Source: a virus (taxonomy: Duplodnaviria; Caudoviricetes). Taken from it: a stretch of DNA of 64,000 nt. The position numbers and the translations under genes are program-made. Below the pieces are notes generated by a model that was not told the DNA's origin, made no database searches, and saw only the letters and a program-made list of their open reading frames with translations. Shown in pieces: positions 45,729 to 55,708 of the stretch. Numbering within the stretch: the stretch's first letter is position 1; every line of letters begins with the position of its first letter. Where the stretch lies: IMG/VR virus record IMGVR_UViG_3300027374_000001; one strand, given 5' to 3'.

Positions 45729-48095
45729 TTATCCTATTACATCAAATCTAGATACTGTTATACCCTCAAGAAGCTTATCTTTATTATTCTCGTAGTACCT
45801 GATGCTCTCAATGGTATCTTTAATATTTTCTGTGGTAAACTGAATGAGCGTACGCGTATTCTTATTAACTGTAGATTCGTATAATGATGGACCATCCATC
45901 TCTCCAAGTCCTTTAAACCTTCTTAAATTTTTAGGACTAGATTCATCAAATCCTTTCATTAATCCATACAACAATACTTTGTTATTGTTAACCATAAAGG
46001 ACACATTAGCATTGCTTACAAGAATATTTATAATCCTTGAGCAATCCTTTATTAACACATCAGTCACGAATAATGTCTGAATAGCTAAATCTAAGGAACC
46101 GGTAATCATTGGCACGCCGTTCTGATTAGTTATTTTAAGAAATCTATATTTTTTCTCTATATCTCTCTTCATCTTGTTGTAATCGGCCTTAGCTAAATGC
46201 AACATCAGAACTGTTTCAAGTAACTCTGGGGAAACTGCATATCGATTTGATATCCTTTCTATCTCGTATACATAATCTATATTCGAGTATAATAACTTTG
46301 TAAGGTCAGTTTGGGATATAGTTTTTCCATCTCCGTACTTAATATCGTTATCCTTTATGAATAGCTTTTGTACATATTTAATGTAGTCTATCTTTCGAGT
46401 GAAGTATATATTCTTAGACTTTATTGTAATTCCGTATAATGGTGGAACAGCACGATATACCCTTCCAGACTCTACCAAACCAGGCATATACAATATAAAG
46501 AATGACAATAATAAACAACAGATATGATCTCCATCTGCATCTGCATCACTGTTTATAACAATCTTTAAAAATTTTACTTTTGTTATATCAAATGAACGCC
46601 CATATCCTCCACCGATAATATTGATAATTCCAGCAACCTCAGCATTACTAAGAAACTTATCTTTTTGAGTAAAGAATGCATTAGGCAATTTACCACGTAT
46701 TGGGAAATATCCTTGAGTGTGATTATCTCGATTGTTTTCTAAAGTCCCTCCAGCGGAATCCCCTTCAGTAATCCATAATTCTAAATCCCCCTTCTTATCT
46801 AATGGGGCAACATACTTACTAGGAAGCCCAGTAAGGGCATTAGAATTATATTTTTTATTAAGATTAACCTTTTCCTTATCTTGCTTCATTCTTAGTTCAG
46901 CAATATCTTTAAGATATTTACAAATTTTACTGAAATCTTTGGGGTTAGACTTTGCCCACTCTTCTAACTGAGTTTGGATTTCTGCTTTCATAAATGGATA
47001 CATATCTTCGGATGCAAAAATCTTTTTAGCTTGACCGTTAAAAATTGGTTCAATATGGGCTACGTTTACCACAGCCTTTAACCCTACTTTTACATCAGTA
47101 GGAGTTACTCTTATCTCTTTTTTCTTTTTCTTCTTTTTATCTGGCCCATTAGAAAGGTAAATCTTATTCATATAGTCACAAAAGAACTTAGATATTCCAT
47201 CTAAAAATCCATCTATATGGTATCCAGATATGGTAGGACACATATTGGCAAAAGAAACCACATTAGCATCCGACTCCTCTTCAATGCTATAAGTGAATAC
47301 TATATCCATTTTCATTTCACCTGTGTCTTTAAACAATTTCACAGGATAAACGAGAGGAGTACTGGTCATATTGATAAGTAACTCCAATATACCATCTTCG
47401 TTAACAATGACTTCTCTATGAGATTTACCATTTATGTCTATAGCATTTACAACAGCTTTAGAGCCTATTTTAGATAATGGCATATGGTCTCGAATCATAT
47501 TTAATATGTCAACCCATGATACAGTAATTTCTCCAAGTAAATCAACGTTTGGAGTGAAGGTAACCTTAGTCCCCTGCTTCCCTTCTTTATTAGGAATTTT
47601 TACCTCTCCCTTATCCCATGGGATTCCGTTGTTAAATTCTACTAAACGGCCTTCTCCTAATATCACATTATATGATTCTACAATAAACTTTGTAGACATA
47701 GCATTTGTTACCTTTGCTCCTACTCCATGTAGACCAGAAGAATAATCTCCGCTATTTCTTTCTTTCTCGAAATTTGATGAGGTATGCTGCTCGGTAAATA
47801 CTCTTATCATCTCACCGAATGGTATACCTCTTCCGTTATCTTCAACTATAATAGTATAATTTCTTTCATCTATAGAAACAATCACACAATCGCATGGAGA
47901 TTTAATTCTATTAAGTTCATCATATCCGTTATCAAAAACCTCTCTCACCATATCCATAAATCCACTATTACCAATAGACCCAAGATACATACCAGGACGT
48001 TTTTGCACTACTTTAACGAAGTTTTCAATAGTTATTAATTCATCTCCATAGTTTTGTATGGCTTGAATTTGTTCTTCAGTTAATTCTTTAGGCAT
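45729..48095 (-). CDS. gyrB: type IIA topoisomerase subunit B (GyrB/ParE family)
   Basis: KRPGMYLG, EVFDNGYDE, DNGRGIP, GLHGVG, TEGDSAGG, PIRGK, DADADG, RFKGLGEM. Confidence 0.92.
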   Translation of the reverse strand: MPKELTEEQIQAIQNYGDELITIENFVKVVQKRPGMYLGSIGNSGFMDMVREVFDNGYDELNRIKSPCDCVIVSIDERNYTIIVEDNGRGIPFGEMIRVFTEQHTSSNFEKERNSGDYSSGLHGVGAKVTNAMSTKFIVESYNVILGEGRLVEFNNGIPWDKGEVKIPNKEGKQGTKVTFTPNVDLLGEITVSWVDILNMIRDHMPLSKIGSKAVVNAIDINGKSHREVIVNEDGILELLINMTSTPLVYPVKLFKDTGEMKMDIVFTYSIEEESDANVVSFANMCPTISGYHIDGFLDGISKFFCDYMNKIYLSNGPDKKKKKKKEIRVTPTDVKVGLKAVVNVAHIEPIFNGQAKKIFASEDMYPFMKAEIQTQLEEWAKSNPKDFSKICKYLKDIAELRMKQDKEKVNLNKKYNSNALTGLPSKYVAPLDKKGDLELWITEGDSAGGTLENNRDNHTQGYFPIRGKLPNAFFTQKDKFLSNAEVAGIINIIGGGYGRSFDITKVKFLKIVINSDADADGDHICCLLLSFFILYMPGLVESGRVYRAVPPLYGITIKSKNIYFTRKIDYIKYVQKLFIKDNDIKYGDGKTISQTDLTKLLYSNIDYVYEIERISNRYAVSPELLETVLMLHLAKADYNKMKRDIEKKYRFLKITNQNGVPMITGSLDLAIQTLFVTDVLIKDCSRIINILVSNANVSFMVNNNKVLLYGLMKGFDESSPKNLRRFKGLGEMDGPSLYESTVNKNTRTLIQFTTENIKDTIESIRYYENNKDKLLEGITVSRFDVIG

Positions 48096-48140
48096 TTTTG
48101 GTGCTCCTCGACTTTCAATATTATTATATATAAAAGTTAG

Positions 48141-48797
48141 TTACACAATCATACCGCACTCTTTACAAAACAGTCCAGGTAATTTATTCTTATTTGGTGC
48201 ATTGTGTCTAACTTCTACAGCTAACGGCATTTCATTTACATAGTCCTCCATAGATCTTAACCACAGTGGTTTGATTCTTTCATATTGTTCTACGGTGAAC
48301 TTATCCACTGAACAATGATTAGCCGGCATTATGGTAGAACCATTATAGCAACCAACTGCGATGACATCCTTATTCTTATTCGGATAATCTGGATGTAATA
48401 ACAAATTTTCCATGATATGGATAACAGGATGAGTTTTGCATAATACTTCAGTACCTTTTTGATATACATGGCCTTCGCATATTTTATCAAATCTAACGTG
48501 ATATCCCTTTTCAAGAAGAGTTTTTACAATTGTTCCCATAAGATTATCCACCCTAGATGTAATTGTTCCACTTTCCGAACAATCGCACACTTTAACAATC
48601 TCAGGATTCTCCTTCAGACGATATCCCTCTTGGAACTCTTCCATTTCACAAGTCATATCCAGCTGCAAATCGACAGTATAAAGATTTTTACACTTTGGAC
48701 ATATGGACGTTAATCTCCCTTTTCTATTTATATAATTATTATTGTCTGTTATATAAGACCACATATCTGATATAATCATATCTATTCTCCTTTGCAT
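48141..48797 (-). CDS. hypothetical Cys-rich protein
   Basis: 218-aa ORF with CPKC, CDC, CKEC. Confidence 0.6.
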   Translation of the reverse strand: MQRRIDMIISDMWSYITDNNNYINRKGRLTSICPKCKNLYTVDLQLDMTCEMEEFQEGYRLKENPEIVKVCDCSESGTITSRVDNLMGTIVKTLLEKGYHVRFDKICEGHVYQKGTEVLCKTHPVIHIMENLLLHPDYPNKNKDVIAVGCYNGSTIMPANHCSVDKFTVEQYERIKPLWLRSMEDYVNEMPLAVEVRHNAPNKNKLPGLFCKECGMIV

Positions 48798-48829
48798 ATT
48801 ATATTATCAAACCATGACGCATCATTATT

Positions 48830-49093
48830 TTATTTTGGTTCGTAGCTAATCTTAAATTCTTTCCTTCCCATAGCAGTAAATGTACCATCAGAATGCCTGA
48901 TAATGAAATCCCCAACCTTTACATGAGCAATTGTATTGTTATTAGGATTCCTTAGATGCCCACCGATATATTTTTTTGATGAGCCAATTGGAGAAAATAA
49001 TCCGCCTGTAAATTGTACTAAATCATTTACTACTTTAGGAGTAGGAAGAAATTCAAGAGCCTCTACTATTTTAGGAACAGTTTTATATTGCAT
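48830..49093 (-). CDS. small conserved-type phage protein
   Basis: KIVEALEF...VGDFIIR...F...YE pattern (PGDYG-like family). Confidence 0.55.
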   Translation of the reverse strand: MQYKTVPKIVEALEFLPTPKVVNDLVQFTGGLFSPIGSSKKYIGGHLRNPNNNTIAHVKVGDFIIRHSDGTFTAMGRKEFKISYEPK

Positions 49094-49151
49094 AACCTTT
49101 CTCCTTAAAAAATAAAATGGGTTAGAGTGAAACCACCCTAACCCAATAATT

Positions 49152-49922
49152 TTACAGAGTATACTGCTTATTGTCTACAACATCAGAAGCGGATGCATTA
49201 GGCGCTGCTGACCCTGCAATTGGTGACTCTGCGTCAAAGAAGTTTACATTGTTTGCATTCGGCTGTGCTGCCTGTCCTTGCGCTGCCTGGGCCTGAGCCT
49301 GCTGCGCTGGGTCCATTGTTTGACCCATATTCATGGCACCTGGCCATCCTCCATAACTAGCTGCACCGGGCTGTGTGTATCCTCCAAATCCACCGCCCAT
49401 AAGACCGGCCAATAATACTGCCGCATTTCCTCCTCCGAACTGGTTGCTATTGATAGCCGCACCATACTGTCCGAAGTGGTCATTCGCGATCTTATACATC
49501 TGCTTTGTTTTCTTAAGGAATGGTATCATCTGGAAGAATGCTTTACAAACTGCATCAGGAATGTCTCTATACATTACCTTTGTTGTCTCAAGAAGGTCGA
49601 CTACCCCATCGACAGTAGTATTGACAGCATCCTGGCTCAGATCAGCCATACGGAATGTAGCTCCGCAAATCATACAGGTATAAGACCCGTCCTGGTTCTG
49701 GCGGAGCCTATCTTCTCCACCAACCCGGTGTGTGCAGATTGCCTGCAAAGATTCTTCCCTCGAAACTGATAATGAAAATGAAGGCGCTTTCTGCGCCAAG
49801 AATTTTACATCCTCATCAGTCAAAGGGTTCGTACCTACTGGCTTCTTCATTGCGGGATTCGTGAATTGATACGCATACCCTGAGTTCGGAAAACCAGTTT
49901 GTCCAAAGAAATTGTTCATCAT
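49152..49922 (-). CDS. Zn-binding protein with Gly/Gln/Ala-rich low-complexity tail
   Basis: CTH...CMIC; C-terminal GGGFGGY...QQAQAQAAQGQAAQ; own early-type promoter (49966-49981) and terminator (~49119-49144). Confidence 0.7.
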   Translation of the reverse strand: MMNNFFGQTGFPNSGYAYQFTNPAMKKPVGTNPLTDEDVKFLAQKAPSFSLSVSREESLQAICTHRVGGEDRLRQNQDGSYTCMICGATFRMADLSQDAVNTTVDGVVDLLETTKVMYRDIPDAVCKAFFQMIPFLKKTKQMYKIANDHFGQYGAAINSNQFGGGNAAVLLAGLMGGGFGGYTQPGAASYGGWPGAMNMGQTMDPAQQAQAQAAQGQAAQPNANNVNFFDAESPIAGSAAPNASASDVVDNKQYTL

Positions 49923-50016
49923 GATGATTTTACCTCCTGTGTAGAAATATATTTCTTTAATGCATCACACTTATAATATGCAATTACTCGTGTGTTTGCT
50001 TTTTGATTTTTTATGA

Positions 50017-50493
50017 TTATTTTTTACTGTCGTCTTCCATAGAATCATATGAAAGATGATGTTCAGTTCTAATATTTCCTTTATTACCGATATTATTGGA
50101 CGGAATTGAACTTCTTTCTTTACCAAGCCATGCCGTAGAATATCCAGCTCTTTGCATGAACTCAGTTACTGCCTTTTTCTCTTTTTCATCAGTATATTTT
50201 TCTTGTATGAATTCCATAACTTCTGGTATAGGAACATACGCTTGCATATCCTGAATCTGATGAAAATCTACTAACGTGATACTAAACGGAGTGCTTACTT
50301 GACTACCCATAAGCTCCTGATTGTGTCTTAGTGCATAAAAGCATTCTTTATTCCAATCCCATACTATAGGGGCATTATGTTTGGGATCAGCATTGTCATA
50401 GAATATATGCTCATTATCGCATCTTATCTTAACCACATGTCCTTTACTCCTATGAGTTGTGATAAACTCCTTTATTAATGAAGTATCATCCAT
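50017..50493 (-). CDS. hypothetical protein
   Basis: 158-aa ORF with RBS. Confidence 0.65.
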   Translation of the reverse strand: MDDTSLIKEFITTHRSKGHVVKIRCDNEHIFYDNADPKHNAPIVWDWNKECFYALRHNQELMGSQVSTPFSITLVDFHQIQDMQAYVPIPEVMEFIQEKYTDEKEKKAVTEFMQRAGYSTAWLGKERSSIPSNNIGNKGNIRTEHHLSYDSMEDDSKK

Positions 50494-50513
50494 ATAAATT
50501 TAGTCTCCTTTCT

Positions 50514-51020
50514 TTAGAGTGCATCTCTATACCCGTTAAGCATAGGCATGAGTGTTGGCAATATTGCCATATAGTCATGGTTTAACTGAATGTTTAACAA
50601 AGCCGTATACAGCATATTATATGCCTCTGTAGATCTTTTATGGTCAGAATGCACTTGATACATGTAATTATCGAGTTGAATATTATTAGCTTGCGCACTA
50701 CATATATAAGTTTCTAATCCTATACGCGTTGCATCGTGATAGATTAACTTCTTATACGCGATATTCACTAATACCCCAACAAATTCTGGATCTTCAAAAG
50801 CCTTTCCGTGCTTTTCTAAATCTATAAGACCTCCAGCTAAATCTCTGAATATTTTTCCTGACTCGTATTCTAAATCTCTAGAGGTCTTAAAGTTAGTAAA
50901 GTTTTCTCCGTATGCATTATATTGCTTTGTAAAATAGCTGTTTTTCATTCTGTTTTCAGCTTGTTTTTGATACTTATTTTTAGCAGGCTTGTGTTTCTTC
51001 CATTCGCTATTGTTTCCCAT
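50514..51020 (-). CDS. hypothetical protein
   Basis: Likely start at MGNNSEW, overlapping the upstream gene. Confidence 0.65.
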   Translation of the reverse strand: MGNNSEWKKHKPAKNKYQKQAENRMKNSYFTKQYNAYGENFTNFKTSRDLEYESGKIFRDLAGGLIDLEKHGKAFEDPEFVGVLVNIAYKKLIYHDATRIGLETYICSAQANNIQLDNYMYQVHSDHKRSTEAYNMLYTALLNIQLNHDYMAILPTLMPMLNGYRDAL

Positions 51021-51450
51021 CCTCGTTCTCCTCTTCATCCTCATAAGCGTACTCATGGATATCAAAAGAAGTATCGTCTTTTACAGCATCGTTTTCTTTC
51101 ATCGTTACCATAAATTTAAATATAGATATCTTCTTATCTATAGTAACAGTAGAAGAGTTAGAGATAATATACGACTTATGGACGTCTATAAAGACATATT
51201 CATTCTCTATAAAACTCTTAATATAGTCATACACTTCCTGTCTTCCAACTACGAAGTTCCAATCCTTAAATTCCGTAGAACCGTCGTCTCTGTTCTCTCC
51301 TACTAAAAGTACCAAATAAGTTTTCTCATCCTTATTCTCTTCTTCGTACACCATGCCGGGAGTATATAAATCTTTTTCAGAAATATCTTCCCCTTCTGGT
51401 ATATACTCCATCCCCTTTATTAATTTCTTTTCTGTTTCTTGATTACTCAT
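51007..51450 (-). CDS. hypothetical acidic protein with two GMxY motifs
   Basis: KGMEY and PGMVY near the N-terminus; early-type promoter 51484-51499. Confidence 0.7.
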   Translation of the reverse strand: MSNQETEKKLIKGMEYIPEGEDISEKDLYTPGMVYEEENKDEKTYLVLLVGENRDDGSTEFKDWNFVVGRQEVYDYIKSFIENEYVFIDVHKSYIISNSSTVTIDKKISIFKFMVTMKENDAVKDDTSFDIHEYAYEDEEENEDGKQ

Positions 51451-51535
51451 AAAATAATCCTCCTTAGTAGTTTATCTTTCATTCATATAAATAATATATT
51501 CTTATTATGAAAGTTACGGTATATATAAAAGTATA

Positions 51536-52741
51536 TCAGAAAAAGAAACGATTAACCATATTAGGAATCACATATATGAGAAAATTTTTAAATCTAGAAG
51601 CCCCAACATAATTTAAATTATCTTGAATACTAGGATTTAAATACTCTTGTACATAAATCCCATTATTGTATTGAGCCCCTTGTGATAAATGCGTGGTTAT
51701 AGCATAAGCATATTCCATCTTTTCACCGGTAGAATATTTACTATTTTTTAACCATTGCCTTTCCTCATGATTAGCTATAAAATACTTATAATCGCATACA
51801 ATATTTAGAAATTTTATATCTAACAAATCTGTGGTAAAATCTATAGTAAAGGTTCTCCCATCATATCTGGTTATATCAGTAGGTGTAGATACCCTTCCAA
51901 TAAGTCCATTAGCTAGACTAATACCATTCTTTTCTATAGACCAGTTATTTTTTCGGCATATAAGCTTCTCATTAATCCCAGGAAGTCTAGTTTTAGCATG
52001 TAATATTTCTTCACGTATTTTATTATTATATAAGTCCCTGGTCTTATTTTTTCCACATATTAATATTTGAGAACCTTTAATCATATCCAGAGTAAGATCT
52101 TTTTCTTCAATAACAAGTACGTTTCCATAATATCCTGGGCTCAACGGGATTCCATTTCTAACTAAATAAGACACATAGGCTATTCCTCCATTAGCATCTT
52201 GTCTAACCAATTCATCTAAACAATCTATATTTCTATCGGTTAAATATGCCGGTGTAGATTTTACTGGAGGGAGCTGCCCCCAGTCCCCACATGCTATAAT
52301 AGGCTTTCCCAATCTCTCTATATATTGTTTCATCTCTATAGGAACAGTATATGCTTCATCTATTATGATATAGTCAATATCTCTAAAATACTCTATTGGA
52401 CGAGGTCTAAACACTAATTCTTTTTTAGGTTTATTATATACCTTATCTATAATAGGATTGCCATGCTCATCTACAACTATCTCATCTACCAACTCCATAG
52501 TCCAAGAATGAATAGTTCTAGCATTCCATAATCCATTAACTCTCATAACTATAGCGGCTTGCCCAATATATGCCATAGCAGCTATTCTTGATAATGGAAT
52601 TCCGACACCTTCTATTATTTTATGAAGAACATACGTTTTACCAGTTCCAGCATAACCAGTATATTCATATACTTGAACTTTGTTATGCCTTATATGATCA
52701 ATACCATTCTTTACTACCAATTCTTGTTTTTTGTTAAGCAT
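51536..52741 (-). CDS. SF1B helicase (RecD/Dda-like)
   Basis: GYAGTGKT, TIHS, IIIDEA, GDWGQLPPV, VRQ, YAITTHLSQG. Confidence 0.88.
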   Translation of the reverse strand: MLNKKQELVVKNGIDHIRHNKVQVYEYTGYAGTGKTYVLHKIIEGVGIPLSRIAAMAYIGQAAIVMRVNGLWNARTIHSWTMELVDEIVVDEHGNPIIDKVYNKPKKELVFRPRPIEYFRDIDYIIIDEAYTVPIEMKQYIERLGKPIIACGDWGQLPPVKSTPAYLTDRNIDCLDELVRQDANGGIAYVSYLVRNGIPLSPGYYGNVLVIEEKDLTLDMIKGSQILICGKNKTRDLYNNKIREEILHAKTRLPGINEKLICRKNNWSIEKNGISLANGLIGRVSTPTDITRYDGRTFTIDFTTDLLDIKFLNIVCDYKYFIANHEERQWLKNSKYSTGEKMEYAYAITTHLSQGAQYNNGIYVQEYLNPSIQDNLNYVGASRFKNFLIYVIPNMVNRFFF

Positions 52742-52778
52742 AAAATTAAAATACTCCCTTTAATAAAAAATAAAACAT

Positions 52779-52802
52779 CGCCGCTCCGAATTGGAGCGGC
52801 GT
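52779..52802 (-). terminator. intrinsic terminator
   Basis: cgccgctcc...ggagcggcg stem with U tract. Confidence 0.75.
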
Positions 52803-52811
52803 TCCATATAA

Positions 52812-53327
52812 TTAATCTATCAATTTATGCATACTATCAATGACATCCATCAAATATTCTAATTTATCTCTTGGCACCGTATCTACGAATTCGGATATCT
52901 GCATCTTACATTCTTTTCTGAAGCTATTATTGTAACACATCATTTCCCCATTTTTGTTATCTCTGAGTCTATGATAATAATCACAACCAGATTTATAGTT
53001 ACATGTTTTACATATATTTTGTATGTCGTCAGGAGAAGAAGTATGAATCTCCTCATATTTATCATTTAAATAATGAGACTTTCTAAGATTAGACAATTGA
53101 TTTAATCTTTGCTCTATTATAATTTCTATAGCCTGTTTCTGTTCTTCACTTATTAATTTATATACTTGCATAAAAATTTTTTCCATTTGACTATCTCCTC
53201 CTATAACATCCATTCTAATCAAACTTCTATCTAATACACTTGATTTAAAAATATCAAAATCGATATCCAATAGTTTTTCAATATTTCCATAAATTGGTAT
53301 TATTTTTACTCGAATTTTATTATCCAT
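52812..53327 (-). CDS. hypothetical protein
   Basis: 171-aa ORF with a Cys cluster. Confidence 0.6.
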   Translation of the reverse strand: MDNKIRVKIIPIYGNIEKLLDIDFDIFKSSVLDRSLIRMDVIGGDSQMEKIFMQVYKLISEEQKQAIEIIIEQRLNQLSNLRKSHYLNDKYEEIHTSSPDDIQNICKTCNYKSGCDYYHRLRDNKNGEMMCYNNSFRKECKMQISEFVDTVPRDKLEYLMDVIDSMHKLID

Positions 53328-53341
53328 TTAGTTTACGCCTC

Positions 53342-53845
53342 CTATAATAAATCTTTTAACGGAAATCTTGGTATTCTTTTCTTTTTAGGTTCTTCCCCTT
53401 CCGGCAATGGCTCGGTGTCAAATTGATCTAAGTTATCAATAAGCATACCAGAAAGAGTGAAAATTAAATCAATATAGCATAAATTTACATTATAAAAAGG
53501 TCTAGATTTAATAAGACCAGTATTTGTCTTCATCTCTACAAAAGAATGTAAATTATCTTCGCATTTTCTATCATAAAATATTTGCACATATAAACCGTCA
53601 TCTTCTGCCGCATGTTGTAAAGCGATAGAAAACAACTGATGAGCTTGCTTAAAATTAAGTAATGGTTTAAACTCCATTTCTCCTCTGTGGACTAGAGTAT
53701 GACCATCATTATTTATCTTTAATCTTTTATCGTTAAACTCTATAGGAAGGCTAGACTCTTGGTCACAAACTGTTATATTTATTATCTTCATATCGAGACA
53801 ATTTATTAATACATTATACATATGATTTACACTTTTAAGTTTCAT
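53342..53845 (-). CDS. hypothetical protein
   Basis: 167-aa ORF with RBS. Confidence 0.6.
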   Translation of the reverse strand: MKLKSVNHMYNVLINCLDMKIINITVCDQESSLPIEFNDKRLKINNDGHTLVHRGEMEFKPLLNFKQAHQLFSIALQHAAEDDGLYVQIFYDRKCEDNLHSFVEMKTNTGLIKSRPFYNVNLCYIDLIFTLSGMLIDNLDQFDTEPLPEGEEPKKKRIPRFPLKDLL

Positions 53846-53905
53846 TTCATCACTCCTTTATTTCGGCAACATTCGGTTAATATAAAGTTGCCGGAGGTGT
53901 TATTA

Positions 53906-54259
53906 TTGAAAGATTTTGAATTCTATCAAAACCTAGAATTAAAGTTTCCAGAATTTGCTATTTGTTTAGAAGATTCTAAAGATGGAATAGCAAAATTTTT
54001 TATACCAGTACTTACACCGCTATTAGATTCGGATGAGCCTTATGACGTAACCGATTTAACTATAGATACTAAAAATATAATAAATGATACTTCGAGTATG
54101 AATATAGGTAAATGCACAGAATCGAACTACCTATCCCTTAAGCTACCACATTCAGATAATGAGTGTAAGAAGGGAGATATCTTTGTAATTACATTCATAA
54201 GCGGAGATCCCAACAAACCATATATATTGGGGAGGTATTACGATGCTATCGACTCATAA
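53906..54259 (+). CDS. putative baseplate spike OB-fold protein (gp5/VgrG N-domain-like)
   Basis: KGDIFVITFISGDPNKPYILG motif; TTG start after GGAGG; late-type promoter 53868-53880. Confidence 0.55.
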   Translation: MKDFEFYQNLELKFPEFAICLEDSKDGIAKFFIPVLTPLLDSDEPYDVTDLTIDTKNIINDTSSMNIGKCTESNYLSLKLPHSDNECKKGDIFVITFISGDPNKPYILGRYYDAIDS

Positions 54260-54707
54260 AGTAGAACACACTTATACTATATCTGATTTCATAGAATTAG
54301 GAAGATCCACTCAGGATATTGATTACAACCAATATACAATATTGGCTAATCCCATACCGTCCATAAACCCAGACTTTATAATCTATATTGCACAGAATAA
54401 TGTGCTGTATGAATACGAGGACGAATTAAAGACCCTATCATTCTCAGTAGAAATGTCATTATCTGAATGGCATAAGTACAAATACAAGCCTAAGTTATTA
54501 TCATTTGACTTATATGGCTCTACAGAATTATATTTTGTTTTGCTATTTTTAAATGGTACTTGCGATATAAAGGATTTTGATAAGCAGACTATCAAGATTT
54601 TGACTAAAGAAAAACTATTAGAATTTCTTGAAGCAGTATATAATGCAGAATCTAAATATATAAATCTTAATAGAACGAATGTAGGATACGTAGAAAATAA
54701 AGGGTAG
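54243..54707 (+). CDS. putative baseplate wedge protein (T4 gp53/LysM-like)
   Basis: YKPKLLSFDLYGSTELYFVLLFLNG. Confidence 0.6.
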   Translation: MLSTHKVEHTYTISDFIELGRSTQDIDYNQYTILANPIPSINPDFIIYIAQNNVLYEYEDELKTLSFSVEMSLSEWHKYKYKPKLLSFDLYGSTELYFVLLFLNGTCDIKDFDKQTIKILTKEKLLEFLEAVYNAESKYINLNRTNVGYVENKG

Positions 54708-54730
54708 ACTCTCTTGAGTCTACCCTAAAT

Positions 54731-55285
54731 TTAATTCTGTAAGTCTTCATATAGCTCCTCTAATGCAGTAGTGGTATATTTTTCAAGAACACTTTTTGCT
54801 ATCTTGTTTTCTGTGGTATTCTTCCATATATACTCACCTAATTCGTTTTCCATAAAGAGCCTCTTATATTTTAGATACCTATTAGTGCCCCGTGTAGCCT
54901 CTAACACATTGCATTTATTCACAAATTCTTTACTAATAGGTTGGCCAAGAATCATATTAATAAGAATATCATTGTGGCTGATACTATCGAGAATTTTGCT
55001 TGGCTTGATCAGCCTACGTCCTATAAATCCCGGTTTGATTAGCAGCATAATATGCATGCTATTATTATCATTATCTGATAACTCTAATATATAATTACCC
55101 GGACTTTCCTCAAGATTAATCCCCGATAAGTCTCTTATCATGATGCCCACACCATCGAGAATTTGTCTTTCGGTAGTAACATCTTCCGTTTCAAAATAAT
55201 TGTAATCAATTGTTCCTTTTGCCAATTCCGTATAGGACCCATTATGCGAAACATATTTGAGAATCCTATAATTATCTATTAGCAT
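54731..55285 (-). CDS. hypothetical protein
   Basis: 184-aa ORF; bidirectional hairpin at ~54701-54726. Confidence 0.6.
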   Translation of the reverse strand: MLIDNYRILKYVSHNGSYTELAKGTIDYNYFETEDVTTERQILDGVGIMIRDLSGINLEESPGNYILELSDNDNNSMHIMLLIKPGFIGRRLIKPSKILDSISHNDILINMILGQPISKEFVNKCNVLEATRGTNRYLKYKRLFMENELGEYIWKNTTENKIAKSVLEKYTTTALEELYEDLQN

Positions 55286-55462
55286 TTGTCATCCTCCTTT
55301 TCTCATTAGATTTTCTCAGATTTAATAATATTTTTATTCCCATTACCAAATCCATTGTTTTACTATCCAGCTCAATGATATTGGTTTTATTTAATGGAGC
55401 TGAATCTATTACAAAAGCTTTATTATCCATTTAGCACTCCTCCTCTAATATATAATATATAA

Positions 55463-55708
55463 TTAGGTATAAAATTCTCTTGTGAAATATAATTTATCAG
55501 CACCTCCAAAATGAGTTATAACTAAAATATCATTTTTCATTTTAATTCTAAAAATGCTCATATTACCATTTTCAGCGAAACAATACTTTAATTTTATATA
55601 TTCATCATCATTAAAAATTCCTTCAAGTATTTCATTAACAATTTTCATCTCATCGTCTGAATACCCAAAAGTCTCTTTTAATGATGATAATTCAATTGGC
55701 TTATTCAT
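55463..55708 (-). CDS. hypothetical protein
   Basis: 81-aa ORF coupled to the helicase stop. Confidence 0.55.
   Translation of the reverse strand: MNKPIELSSLKETFGYSDDEMKIVNEILEGIFNDDEYIKLKYCFAENGNMSIFRIKMKNDILVITHFGGADKLYFTREFYT

Noticed and set aside
47980-48000. gyrB RPGMY as a GMxY tag
   Set aside because: It is the universal GyrB motif and has G-M-Y spacing, not G-M-x-Y
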